Source of the DNA: the human T2T-CHM13v2.0 reference genome, Homo sapiens | Reading direction: 5' to 3' (one strand) | NCBI RefSeq assembly: GCF_009914755.1 | Contig: NC_060940.1 | DNA: 64,000 bases | Shown here: positions 13,601-27,600 of the stretch, in pieces | Numbering within the stretch: position 1 is the first letter of the stretch | Layout: each line of letters begins with the position of its first letter | Position numbers and translations under genes: made by a program | The notes under the pieces: generated by a model | Told to the model about the DNA's origin: nothing | Seen by the model: the letters and a program-made list of their open reading frames with translations, nothing else | The model's database searches: none

Positions 13601-16540
13601 TTCCATTCGATTCTATTCAATGATGATTCCATTCATGTCGATTTGGTGATTCCATTTGACTTCATTTGATGATGATTCCTTTCAAGTTCATTAGATGATT
13701 CCATTCGATTCCATTTGATGATGATCCCATTCGAGTCCATTCAGTGATTCCACTCGTTTCCATTCCATGATGATTCCATTCCATTCCATTCAATGATTCC
13801 ATTCGATTCCGTTTGATGATGATTTCATTCGAGTCCATTTGATGATTCCATTTGATTCCATTCGATGATGATTACATTCGAGTCCATACGATGATTCCAC
13901 TCAATTCCATATGATGATGATTCCATTCGATTCCATTCGATGATTCCATTCTATTCTATTCAATGGTGATTCCATTCGAGTACATTAGATGATTCCATTC
14001 GATTCCATTCAATGATGATTCTATTTGTGTCCCTTAGATGGTTCCACATGATTCCATTTCATGATGATACTATTTGAGCCCATCCAATGATTCCCTTCGA
14101 TTCCATTCGATGAGGATTCCATTCGATTCAATTCATTGGTGATTCTATTCAATCCAATTCTTTGATTCCATTCCATTCCATTCGACAATGATTCCATTCG
14201 ATTTCTTTCGATGATTCCACTCGATTCCACTTGACATTGATTCCATTCGATTCCATTCAATGATTCCGTTTGATTCCAGTGGATGATGATTGCCATCGAT
14301 TCCATTCGATCACTCCATTCTATTCCATTTGATGATGATTACATTCGATTCCATTTGATGATTCCATCTGATTCTATTCGAGGATTCCATTTGATTCCAT
14401 TCGATGATGATTCCATTCGAGTGCATTCGATGATTTCATTCGAGTACATCCAATGATTCCATTCGAGTCCATTTGATTTTTCCATTTAATTACATTTGAT
14501 TATGATTCTACTAGAGTCCATTCAATGACTCAATTCGAATCCATTCAACAATTCCATTCGAGGCCATTCGATGATTCCATTTCATGATTCCATTCGACTC
14601 CATTTAATCATTACAGTCGAGTCCATTTGGTGATTCCACTGGATTTCTTTTGATAATGATACCATTCAATTACATTTGATGATGATCCCATTCAATTTCA
14701 TTTGATGGTGATTCCATTAGAGTCCATTCGATGATTTCATTCGAGTCCCTTCATTGATTCCATCCGATTTCATTTGATGATGACTCCATTCGAGTCCATT
14801 CGATGATTCCACTCGATTCCATTAGATGATTCCATTGGAGTCCATTTGATTGTTCCATTCGATTCTATTCGATTCCTTTCGAAGATTATTCCATTTGAGT
14901 CCATTCGATGATGATTCCATTCCATTCCATTCGATGATTCCGTTTGATTCCATTCGATGATTCCCTTCGATTCCTTTCTTTGATGATTCCATTCCATTCC
15001 ATTCAATGATTCCATTCGAATCTATTCCATGATGATTCCTTTCGATTCCATTCGCTGATGTTTCCGTTCAATTCCATTCGATGATGATTCCATTCGATTC
15101 CATTCATTGAGGATTCCATTTGATTCCATTCAATGATGATTCCATTCTATTCCATTCAATGATTCCATTCAATTCCATTCAATGATTATCCCCTTAGAGT
15201 AAACTCAACGATTCCATTCAATACCATTCGATGATGATTCCTTTTGAGTCCATTCAATGATTTCATTCAAGTCCATTTGATGATTCCTTTCAATTCCATT
15301 CTATGATGATTCCATTCGAGTCCATTCGATGATTCCATTCGATTGCATTCGATGATTCCATTATATTCCATTCAACGGTGATTCCATTCGAGTCCATTCC
15401 ATGATTCCATTAGAGTACATTTAATGATTGCTTTGTTTTCAATTCGAAGATGATTACATTGGATTCCATTCTATGATACCATTCGATTCCATTCAATGAT
15501 GATTCCACTCAAATCCATTGGATGATTCCATTCGTGTCCATTCGGTGATTTCATTAGATTCCATTCGAGGATGATTCCATTCGATTCCATTCGATGATTC
15601 CATTCAATTCCATTCGATGATGATTCCATTCCAGTCCATATGATCATTCCATTTGATTTCATTCGATGATGATTCCATTCGATTCGATTCGACGATTCCA
15701 TTCTATTCCATTCGATGATGATTCCATTCGAGTCCATTCGATGATTCCATTCGAGTCCATTTAATGATTCCATTGGGTTCAATTCAATGATGATTACATT
15801 GGATTCCGTTCTATGATTCCATTCAATTCCGTTCATTGACAATTTGATTCCATTCGATGATGATTCCATTTGAGTTCATTCGATGATTCTATTTGATTCT
15901 CTTCGATGGTGATTCAATTCTATTATATTGGATGATTCCATTCGATTCCATTTGATGTTGATTCAATTCGATTCTATTCGATGGTGATTCCATTGGATTT
16001 CACTTCATGATTCTGTTCGATTCCATTCAATGATGATTCACTTCTCGTCCATTGGATGATTCCATTTCATTCCATTCGATGATGATTCCATTCGATTCCA
16101 TTCGATGATTCCATTTGATTCCATGCGTCGGTGAGCAATTCGATTCAATTCCATGATGATTCTATTTGATTCAATTAGATGATGTTTCCATTCGAATCCA
16201 TTCCATGATTATTCCATTGGAATCCATTCGGCGATGATTCCATATGAGTCAATTCAATGATGATTCCATATGGGTCCGTTCGATGATAATTCCATTTGAT
16301 TTCATTCGGTGCTTCTATTCAATTCCAGTCGATGATGATTCCGTTGGAGTCCATACGATGATTCCATTTGATTTCATTTGATGATGATTCCATTCGATGA
16401 TGATTACATTGGATTCCATTCTATGATTCCATTCAATTCCATTCGTTGATGATTCGATTCCATTCAATGATGATTCCATTTGAGTTCATTCGATGATTCT
16501 ATTCGATTCCGTTCGATGGTGATTCAATTCTCTTATATTG
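10689..16540 (+). repeat. A+C unit, 5,852 bp (72-bp deletion in A, 170-bp deletion in C)
   Basis: ORF 11322 to 17174 = 5,852. C starts at ~12912. Confidence 0.8.
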
Positions 16541-19500
16541 GATGAATCCACTCGATTCCATTTGATGATTATTCCATTGGAGTCCACTTAGTGAATCCTT
16601 CAGATTCTACTCGAAGATGATTCCATTCAAGTCCATTCGATGATACCATTCAATTCCATTCGTTGATGCTTCCATTCAAGTGCATTCGATGATATCATTC
16701 GATTCCATTTGATGATAATTCCATGTCATTCCATGCGATGATTCTATTCGATTCCATTCAATGATAATTCCATTCAGTTCAGTGATTCCTCTGGACTCCA
16801 TTTGATGATGATTCCATTCAATGATTCCATTCGATTCTATTCGAAAATGATTCCATTTGAATCCATTTGATGATGATTCCATTAGATTCCATTTGATGAT
16901 TCCATTCGATTCCATGCGACGATGATTCCATTCGATTCCATTTGATGATTCCATTCTATTGTATTCGATGATGATTCCATTCGATTCCATTCGATGATGA
17001 TTGGATTTGATTCCATTTGATGATTTCATTTGATTCCATTCGTTAATGATTTCGATCAATTCCATTCGATGATTCCATTCGATTCCATTCGATAATGATT
17101 ACATCCGTGTCCATTCAATGATTTCATTTGAGCCTGTTCGATAATTCCATTTGAGTCCAACCAATGATTCCATTCATTTCCATTCAATGATTCCATTCGA
17201 GTCCATTTGATCATTCCGGTAGGGTCCATTCGATGTTGATTCCATTGGAGTGCATTCGATGATTCCATTCGAGTCCATTTTATGATTTGATTCGAGTCCT
17301 TTCGATGATTCCATTCGATTCCACTCGATGATGATTTCATTCGAGTCCATTCGACACTTCCAATCGATTCCATTTGATGTTTCCATTCGAGTCCAATTGA
17401 TGATTCCATTCAATTCCATTCGATGATGATTCCGTACGATTCCATTCTGTGATGATTCCATGTGATTGCATTCAATGATGATTCCTTTAGATTGCATTCG
17501 ATTGTGATTCATTTCGTCTTCATTCTATGGTTCCACAGGTTTCCATTCGTGTCCATTCCATTATTCCATTCTATTCCATTTGATGATGATTCCATTCGAT
17601 TCCATTCATTGGTGATTCCACTCAATTCCATTCAATGATTCCATTCCATTTCTTTCAACAATGATTCCATTAGTTTCTAATCGATGATCCACTTGATTCC
17701 ATTTGACGACGATTCTATTCTTGTCCATTCGATGATTCCATTTGATTCCATATCATGTTGATTCCATTCGATTCCATACGATGATGATTCCATTCGAGTC
17801 CATTCCATGGTGATTCCATTCAATTCCATTCGATGATTCCTTTCGATTCCATTCGATGATGATGGCATTCGATTCCTTTCAATCATTCCCTTTGATTCCA
17901 TTCAAAGGTGATTTCATTCAAGTCCATTCGATAATTGCATTCGATTCCATTCTATGATGATTCCATTCGAGTCCATTTGATGATTCCATTCAATTCAAGT
18001 CAATGATGATTCCATTCGATTCCATTCGATGATTCCATTCAATTCCATTCGATGATGATTCCATTCAAATCCATTCGATAATTCAATTCAAGTCCATTCG
18101 ATGATGATTCCAATCGAATCCATTCAAAGATTCCATTCAGTTCCATTCGATGATTCCCTTAGATTCCATTCGATGATTCCACTTGATTCCATTTACGATG
18201 ATTCCATTCGATTCCATGTGATGATTCCATTCAATTCTATTCAATGCTGTTTCCATTTGATTCCATTCGACCATGATTGCCTTTGATTCCATTCAATGAC
18301 TCCATTCGGTTCCTTTTGATGATGATTCCGTTTGATTCCATTTCATTATTCCATTTGATTCCATTGGATGAGTCCATTCGATTACATTCGATTATTATTC
18401 CATTCGAGTGCATTAGATGATTCCATTCGAGTCCATTCGATGATTCCATTCGATTCCATTCGATGTTGATTCTGTTCAAATCCATTCGATGATTCCACTC
18501 GATTCCATTCGATGACTCCAGTTGATCCCATTCGATGATTTCCTTTGATTCCCTTTGATGATCATTCCATTTGATTCAATTCGGTGATTTCATTTGATTC
18601 CATTCAGTGATGTTTCCATTCGACTCCATTCGATGATGATTCCATTCGACTCCATTCGATTATGATTTCATTCAATTCCATTCGATAATGATTCCCTTCG
18701 AGTCCATTCGATGATTCCATTCGATTCCATTCAACAATGATTTGATTCGTGTCCATTCGATGATTCCATTTGATTCCACTTGATGATGATTCCATTCGAG
18801 TCCATTTGATGATTCCATTCAATTCCATTCTCCGATGATTTCTTTTGAGCCCATTCAATGCTTCCACTCGATTCCATATGATGATGACTCCATTCGATGA
18901 AATTCGATGATTCCATTCGCTTGCATTCGATGATGATTCCACTTGAGTCCATTAGAAGATTCTATTCATTGTTATTCGATGATTCCATTCGATCTCATTC
19001 GATGATGATTCCATTCAACTCCATTCGATGTTTCCATTCGAGTTCATTCTATTATTCCATTAGATTCCATTCGATGATGATTCCATTCGATTCCATTTGA
19101 TGATTGCATTCTATTTCATTTGATGATGATTCCATTCGAGTCCACTCGATGATTCCATTCGAGTCCATTTAATGAATCCATTGGTTTCAATTCTATGATG
19201 ATTACATTGGATTCCATTCGTTGATGATTTCATTCGGTTCCATTCAATGATGATTCCATTCAATTCCTTTCAATGTTTCCATTCAATTCCATACGATGAT
19301 GATTCCATTTGATTTGATTCGACAGTGAGCCATTCGATTCAATTCCATGATGATTCTATTTGATTCCATTGGTTGACATTTCCATTCGAATCCATTCGAT
19401 GATGATTCCCTTTGATTCCATTCAAAGATGATTCCATTCTAGCCCATTCAATCATTCCATTCGATTCTATTCAATGATGATTCCATTCATGTCGATTTGG

Positions 19501-22500
19501 TGATTCCATTTGACTTCATTTGATGATGATTCCTTTCAAGTTCATTAGATGATTCCATTCGATTCCATTTGATGATGATCCCATTCGAGTCCATTCAGTG
19601 ATTCCACTCGTTTCCATTCCATGATGATTCCATTCCATTCCATTCAATGATTCCATTCGATTCCGTTTGATGATGATTTCATTCGAGTCCATTTGATGAT
19701 TCCATTTGATTCCATTCGATGATGATTCCATTCGAGTCCATTCGATGATTCTATTCGAATCCATTTGATGATTTCTTTTGATTATAGTTGGTGATGATTC
19801 CATTGGAGTCCATTCAATGATTCCATTCGATTCCAATCGATGATGATTCCATTAGAGTCCATTTAATGATTCCATTTGATTCCAGTCTCTAATGATTACA
19901 TTCGAGTCCATACAATGATTCCACTCAATTCCATATGATGATGATTCCATTCGATTCCATTCGATGATTCCATTCTATTCTATTCAATGGTGATTCCATT
20001 CAAATCCATTCGATAATTCAATTCAAGTCCATTCGATGATGATTAAAATCGAATCCATTCAAAGATTCCATTCAGTTCCATTCGATGATTCCCTTAGATT
20101 CCATTCGATGATTCCACTTGATTCCATTTACGATGATTCCATTCGATTCCATGTGATGATTCCATTCAATTCTATTCAATGCTGTTTCCATTTGATTCCA
20201 TTCGACCATGATTGCCTTTGATTCCATTCAATGACTCCATTCGGTTCCTTTTGATGATGATTCCGTTCGATTCCATTTGATGATTCCATTTGATTCCATT
20301 GGATGAGTCCATTCGATTACATTCGATGATTATTCCATTCGAGTGCATTAGATGATTGCATTCGAGTCCATTCGATGATTCCATTCGATTCCATTCGATG
20401 TTGATTCTGTTCAAATCCATTCGATGATTCCACTCGATTCCATTCGATGACTCCAGTTGATCCCATTCGATGATTTCCTTTGATTCCCTTTGATGATCAT
20501 TCCATTTGATTCAATTCGGTGATTTCATTTGATTCCATTCAGTGATGATTCCATTCGACTCCATTCGATGATGATTCCATTCGACTCCATTCGATTATGA
20601 TTTCATTCAATTCCATTCGATAATGATTCCCTTCGAGTCCATTCGATGATTCCATTCGATTCCATTCAACGATGATTTGATTCGTGTCCATTCGATGATT
20701 CCATTTGATTCCACTTGATGATGATTCCATTCGAGTCCATTTGATGATTCCATTCAATTCCATTCTCCGATGATTTCTTTTGAGCCCATTCAATGCTTCC
20801 ACTCGATTCCATATGATGATGACTCCATTCGATGAAATTCGATGATGATTCCATTCGCTTGCATTCGATGATGATTCCACTTGAGTCCATTAGAAGATTC
20901 TATTCAATTACATTCCATGACGATTCCGTTCGAGTCCATTTGATGATTCCATTAGACTCCATTCGACGATGATTCCATTCGATGTTATTCGATGATTCCA
21001 TTCGATCTCATTCGATGATGATTCCATTCAACTCCATTCGATGTTTCCATTCGAGTTCATTCTATTATTCCATTAGATTCCATTCGATGATGATTCCATT
21101 CGATTCCATTTGATGATTGCATTCTATTTCATTTGATGATGATTCCATTCGAGTCCACTCGATGATTCCATTCGAGTCCATTTAATGAATCCATTGGTTT
21201 CAATTCTATGATGATTACATTGGATTACATTCGTTGATGACTTCATTCGGTTCCATTCAATGATGATTCCATTCAATTCCTTTCAATGTTTCCATTCAAT
21301 TCCATACGATGATGATTCCATTTGATTTGATTCGACAGTGAGCCATTCGATTCAATTCCATGATGATTCTATTTGATTCAATTGGTTGACATTTCCATTC
21401 GATTCCATTCGATGATGATTCCCTTTGATTCCATTCAAAGATGATTCCATTCTAGCCCATTCAATCATTCCATTCGATTCTATTCAATGATGATTCCATT
21501 CATGTCGATTTGGTGATTCCATTTGACTTCATTTGATGATGATTCCTTTCAAGTTCATTAGATGATTCCATTCGATTCCATTTGATGATGATCCCATTCG
21601 AGTCCATTCAGTGATTCCACTCGTTTCCATTCCATGATGATTCCATTCCATTCCATTCAATGATTCCATTCGATTCCGTTTGATGATGATTTCATTCGAG
21701 TCCATTTGATGATTCCATTTGATTCCATTCGATGATGATTCCATTCGAGTCCATTCGATGATTCTATTCGAATCCATTTGATGATTTCTTTTGATTATAG
21801 TTGGTGATGATTCCATTGGAGTCCATTCAATGATTCCATTCGATTCCAATCGATGGTGATTCCATTAGAGTCCATTTAACGATTCCATTTGATTCCAGTC
21901 TCTGATGATTACATTCGAGTCCATACGATGATTCCACTCAATTCCATATGATGATGATTCCATTCTATTCCATTCGATGATTCCATTCTATTCTATTCAA
22001 TGGTGATTCCATTCGAGTACATTAGATGATTCCATTCGATTCCATTCAATGATGATTCTGTTTGTGTCCCTTAGATGATTCCACATGATTCCATTAGATG
22101 ATGATACTATTTGAGCCCATCCAATGATTCCCTTCGATTCCATTCGATGAGGATTCCATTCGATTCAATTCATTGGTGATTCTATTCAATTCAATTCTTT
22201 GATTCCATTCCATTCCATTCGACAATGATTCCATTCGATTTCTTTCGATGATTCCACTCGATTCCACTTGACATTGATTCCCTTCGATTCCATTCAATGA
22301 TTCCATTTGATTCCAGTGGATGATGATTGCCATCGATTCCATTCGATCACTCCATTCTATTCCATTTGATGATGATTACATTCAATTCCATTTGACGATT
22401 CCATCTGATTCTATTCGAGGATTCCATTTGATTCCATTCGATGATGATTCCATTCGAGTCCATTCGATGATTTCATTCGAGTACAACCAATGATTCCATT

Positions 22501-24609
22501 CGAGTCCATCCAATGATTCCATTCGAGTCCATTTGATGATTCCATTTGATTCCATTTGATAATGATTCTACTAGAGTCCATTCAATGACTCCATTCGAGT
22601 CCATTCAACAATTCCATTCGACTCCTTTGATGATTCCATTCGATTCCATTTGATGATTCCATTCGAGTCCATTTAATCATTACAGTCGAGTCCATTTGGT
22701 GATTCCACCGGATTTCTTTTGATAATGATACCATTCAATTACATTTGATGATGATCCCATTCAATTTCATTTGATGGTGATTCCATTAGAGTCCATTCGA
22801 TGATTTCATTCGAGTCCCTTCATTGATTCCATCCGATTTCATTGGATGATGACTCCATTCGAGTCCATTCGATGATTCCACTCGATTCCATTAGATGATT
22901 CCATTGGAGTCCATTTGATTGTTCCATTCGATTCCATTCGATTCCTTTCGAAGATTATTCCATTTGAGTCCATTCGATGATGATTCCATTCCATTCCATT
23001 CGATGATTCCGTTTGATTCCATTCGATGATTCCCTTCGATTCCTTTCTTTGATGATTCCATTCCATTCCATTCAATGATTCCATTCGAATCTATTCCATG
23101 ATGATTCCTTTCGATTCCATTCGCTGATGTTTCCGTTCAATTCCATTCGATGATGATTCCATTCGATTCCATTCATTGAGGATTCCATTTGATTCCATTA
23201 AATGATGATTCCGTTCTATTCCATTCAATGATTGCATTCAATTCCATTCAATGATTATCCCCTTAGAGTAAACTCAACGATTCCATTCAATACCATTCGA
23301 TGATGATTCCTTTTGAGTCCATTCAATGATTTCATTCAAGTCCATTTGATGATTCCTTTCAATTCCATTCTATGATGATTCCATTCGAGTCCATTCGATG
23401 ATTCCATTCGATTGCATTCGATGATTCCATTGTATTCCATTCAATGATGATTCCATTCGAGTCCATTCGATGTTTCCACTAGAGTACATATATTGGTTGC
23501 TTTGTTTTCAATTCGAAGATGATTACATTGGATTCCATTCTATGATACCATTCGATTCCATTCAATGATGATTCCACTAAAATCCATTGGATGATTCCAT
23601 TCGTGTCCATTCGGTGATTTCATTAGATTCCATTCGAGGATGATTCCATTCGATTCCATTCGATGATTCCATTCAATTCCATTCGATGATGATTCCATTC
23701 CAGTCCATATGATCATTCCATTTGATTTCATTCGATGATGATTCCATTCGATTCCATTCGATGATTCCATTCTATTCCATTCGATGATGATTCTATTCGA
23801 GTCCATTCGATGATTCCATTCGAGTCCATTTAATGATTCCATTGGGTTCAATTCAATGATGATTACATTGGATTCCGTTCTATGATTCCATTCAGTTCCG
23901 TTCATTGACAATTTGATTCCATTCGATGATGATTCCATTTGAGTTCATTCGATGATTCTATTCGATTCTCTTCGATGGTGATTCAATTCTATTATATTGG
24001 ATGATTCCATTCGATTCCATTTGATGTTGATTCAATTCGATTCTATTCGATGATGATTCCATTGGATTTCACTTGATGATTCTATTCGATTCCATTCAAT
24101 GATGATTCACTTCTCGTCCATTGGATGATTCCATTTCATTCCATTCGATGATGATTCCATTCGATTCCATTCGATGATTCCATTTGATTCCATGCGACGG
24201 TGAGCAATTCGATTCAATTCCATGATGATTCTATTTGATTCAATTAGATGATGTTTCCATTCGAATCCATTCCATGATTATTCCATTGGAATCCATTTGG
24301 CGATGATTCCATATGAGTCAATTCCATGATGATTCCATATGGGTCCGTTCGATGATAATTCCATTTGATTTCATTCGATGCTTCTATTCTATTCCAGTCG
24401 TTGATGATTCCGTTGGAGTCCATACGATGATTCCATTTGATTTCATTTGATGATGATTCCATTCGATGACGATTACATTGGATTCCATTCTATGATTCCA
24501 TTCAATTCCATTCGTTGATGATTCGATTCCATTCAATGATGATTCCATTTGAGTTCATTCGATGATTCTATTCGATTCCGTTCGATGGTGATTCAATTCT
24601 CTTATATTG
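16541..24609 (+). repeat. A+C unit with an internal ~1,935-bp tandem duplication (8,069 bp total)
   Basis: ORF 17174 to 25243 = 8,069. ORF pairs 18237/20172 and 18604/20539 are 1,935 apart. The C-to-A junction is at ~20001. Confidence 0.8.
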
Positions 24610-27600
24610 GATGATTCCACTCGATTCCATTTGATGATTATTCCATTGGAGTCCACTTAGTGAATCCTTTAGATTCTACTCGAAGATGATTCCATTCGAG
24701 TCCATTCAATGATACCATTCAATTTCATTCGTTGATGCTTCCATTCAAGTGCATTCGATGATATCATTCGATTCCATTTGATGATAATTCCATTTGATTC
24801 CATGCGATGATTCTATTCGATTCCATTCAATGATAATTCCATTCAATTCAGTGATTCCTCTGGACTCCATTTGATGATGATTCCATTCAATGATTCCATT
24901 CGATTCTATTCCAAAATGATTCCATTTGAATCCATTTGATGATGATTCCATTAGATTCCATTTGATGATTCCATTCGATTGCATTTCACGATGATTCCAT
25001 TCGATTCCATTTGATGATTCCATTCTATTCTATTCGATGATGATTCCATTCGATTCCATTTGATGATGATTGGATTCGATTCCATTTGATGATTTCATTT
25101 GATTCCATTCGTTAATGATTTCGATCAACTCCATTCGATGATTCCATTTGATTCCATTCGATAATGATTACATCCGAGTCCATTCGATGATTCCATTTGA
25201 GCCCGTTCGATAATTCCATTTGAGTCCAATCAATGATTCCATTCATTTCCATTCAATGATTCCATTCGAGTCCATTTGATCATTCTGGTAGGGTCCGTTC
25301 GATGTTGATTCCATTGGAGTGCATTCGATGATTCCATTCGAGTCCATTTTATGATTTGATTCGAGTCCTTTCGATGATTCCATTCGATTCCACTCGATGA
25401 TGATTTCATTCGAGTCCATTCGACACTTCCAATCGATTCCATTTGATGTTTCCATTCGAGTCCAATTGATGATTCCATTCAATTCCATTCGATGATGATT
25501 CCGTACGATTCCATTCTGTGATGATTCCATGTGATTGCATTCCATGATGATTCCTTTCAATTGCATTCGATTATGATTCATTTCGTGTTCATTCTATGGT
25601 TCCACAGGTTTCCATTCGATGACGTTTCCGTTCGTGTCCATTCCATTATTCCATTCTATTTCATTTGATGATGATTCCATTCGATTCCATTCATTGGTGA
25701 TTCCACTCAATTCCATTCAATGATTCCATTCCATTTCTTTCAACAATGATTCCATTAGTTTCTATTCGATGATCCACTTGATTCCATTTGGCGATGATTC
25801 CATTCGTGTCCATTCGATGATTCCATTTGATTCCATATGATGATGATTCCATTCGATTCCATACCATGATGATTCCATTCGGGTCCATTCAATGGTGATT
25901 CCATTCAATTCCATTCGATGATTCCTTCCGATTCCATTCGATGATGATGGCATTCGATTCCTTTCAATCATTCCCTTTGATTCCATTCAAAGGTGATTTC
26001 ATTCAAGTCCATTCGATAATTGCATTCGATTCCATTCTATGATGATTCCATTCGAGTCCATTTGATGATTCCATTCAATTCAAGTCAATGATGATTCCAT
26101 TCAATTCCACTCGATGATTCCATTGGATTCCATTCGATGATGATTCCATTCAAATCCATTCGATAATTCAATTCAAGTCCATTCGATGATGATTCCAATC
26201 GAATCCATTCAAAGATTCCATTCAATTCCATTCGATGATGATTCCCTTAGATTCCATTCGATGATTCCACTTGATTCCATTTACGATGATTCCATTCGAT
26301 TCCATGTGATGAATCCATTCAATTCTATTCAATGATGTTTCCATTTGATTCCATTGGACCATGATTGCCTTTGATTCCATTCAATGATTCCATTCGGTTC
26401 CATTTGATGATGATTCCGTTCGATTCCATTTCATTATTCCATTTGATTCCATTGGATGAGTCCATTCGATTACATTCGATGATTATTCCATTCGAGTGCA
26501 TTAGATGATTGCATTCGAGTCCATTCGATGATTCCATTCGATTCCATTCGATGTTGATTCTGTTCAAATCCATTCGATGATTCCACTCAATTCCAATCGA
26601 TGACTCCATTTGATCCCATTCGATGATTTCCTGTGATTCCCTTTGATGATCATTCTATTTGATTCAATTCGGTGATTTCATTTCATTCCATTCAGTGATG
26701 TTTCCATTCGACTGTATTCGATGATGATTCCATTCGACTCCATTCGATTATGATTTCATTCAATTCCATTCAATAATGATTCCCTTGGAGTCCATTCGAT
26801 GATTCCATTCGATTCCATTCAACGATGATTTGATTCGTTTCCATTCGATGATTCCATTTGATTCCACTTGATGATGATTCCATTCGAGTCCATTTGATGA
26901 TTCCATTCGAGTCTATTTATGTATTATATTCGTGTCCACTTCATGATTCCATTCAATTCCATTTAATGTTGATTCCATTTGATTCCATTTGATGATTCAG
27001 TTCGATTCCTTGCAATGATTCCCTACGATTCCTTTCTCTGATGATTCCATTCGATTCCATTCATTGATGATTTCATTCGACTCCATTCGATGATGATTCC
27101 TTTCGATTCCATTTGACGATGTTTCCATTCGAGTCCATTCGATGATGATTCTATTCAATTCTGTTCTATTATGATTCCATTCGATTTCATTCAATGCTTC
27201 TATTTGATTCCATTCGATGATGATTCCATCTCTTTCCCTTCGATGATTCCATTTGATTCCATTCAGTGATGATTCCATTTGATTCCATCTGATGATGATT
27301 TCACTTGATTCCTTTCAATGATGATTCAATTCAAGTCCATTCGATGATTCCATTGGAGTCCAAACGATCATTCCGTTCGATTCCATTCAATGGTGATTCC
27401 ATTCATGTCCATTCGATGAATCCATTCAATTCCATTCGATGATGACTCCATTCGAGTACATTCGATGATTCCATTTGATTCCATTTGAAGATGATTCCAT
27501 TCAATTCCATTCGAAGATGATTCCATTCAATTCCATTCGATGATGATTCCGTATGAATCCATTCTCTGATTATTCCATTCGATTCCATTCATTGACGATT

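Noticed and set aside
21741-21910. The 170-bp indel as a nucleosome- or alphoid-monomer-sized unit
   Set aside because: Other indels are 72, 75, 570, 1,299 and 1,351 bp with no common multiple; the size is explained by in-register joining of satellite monomers.
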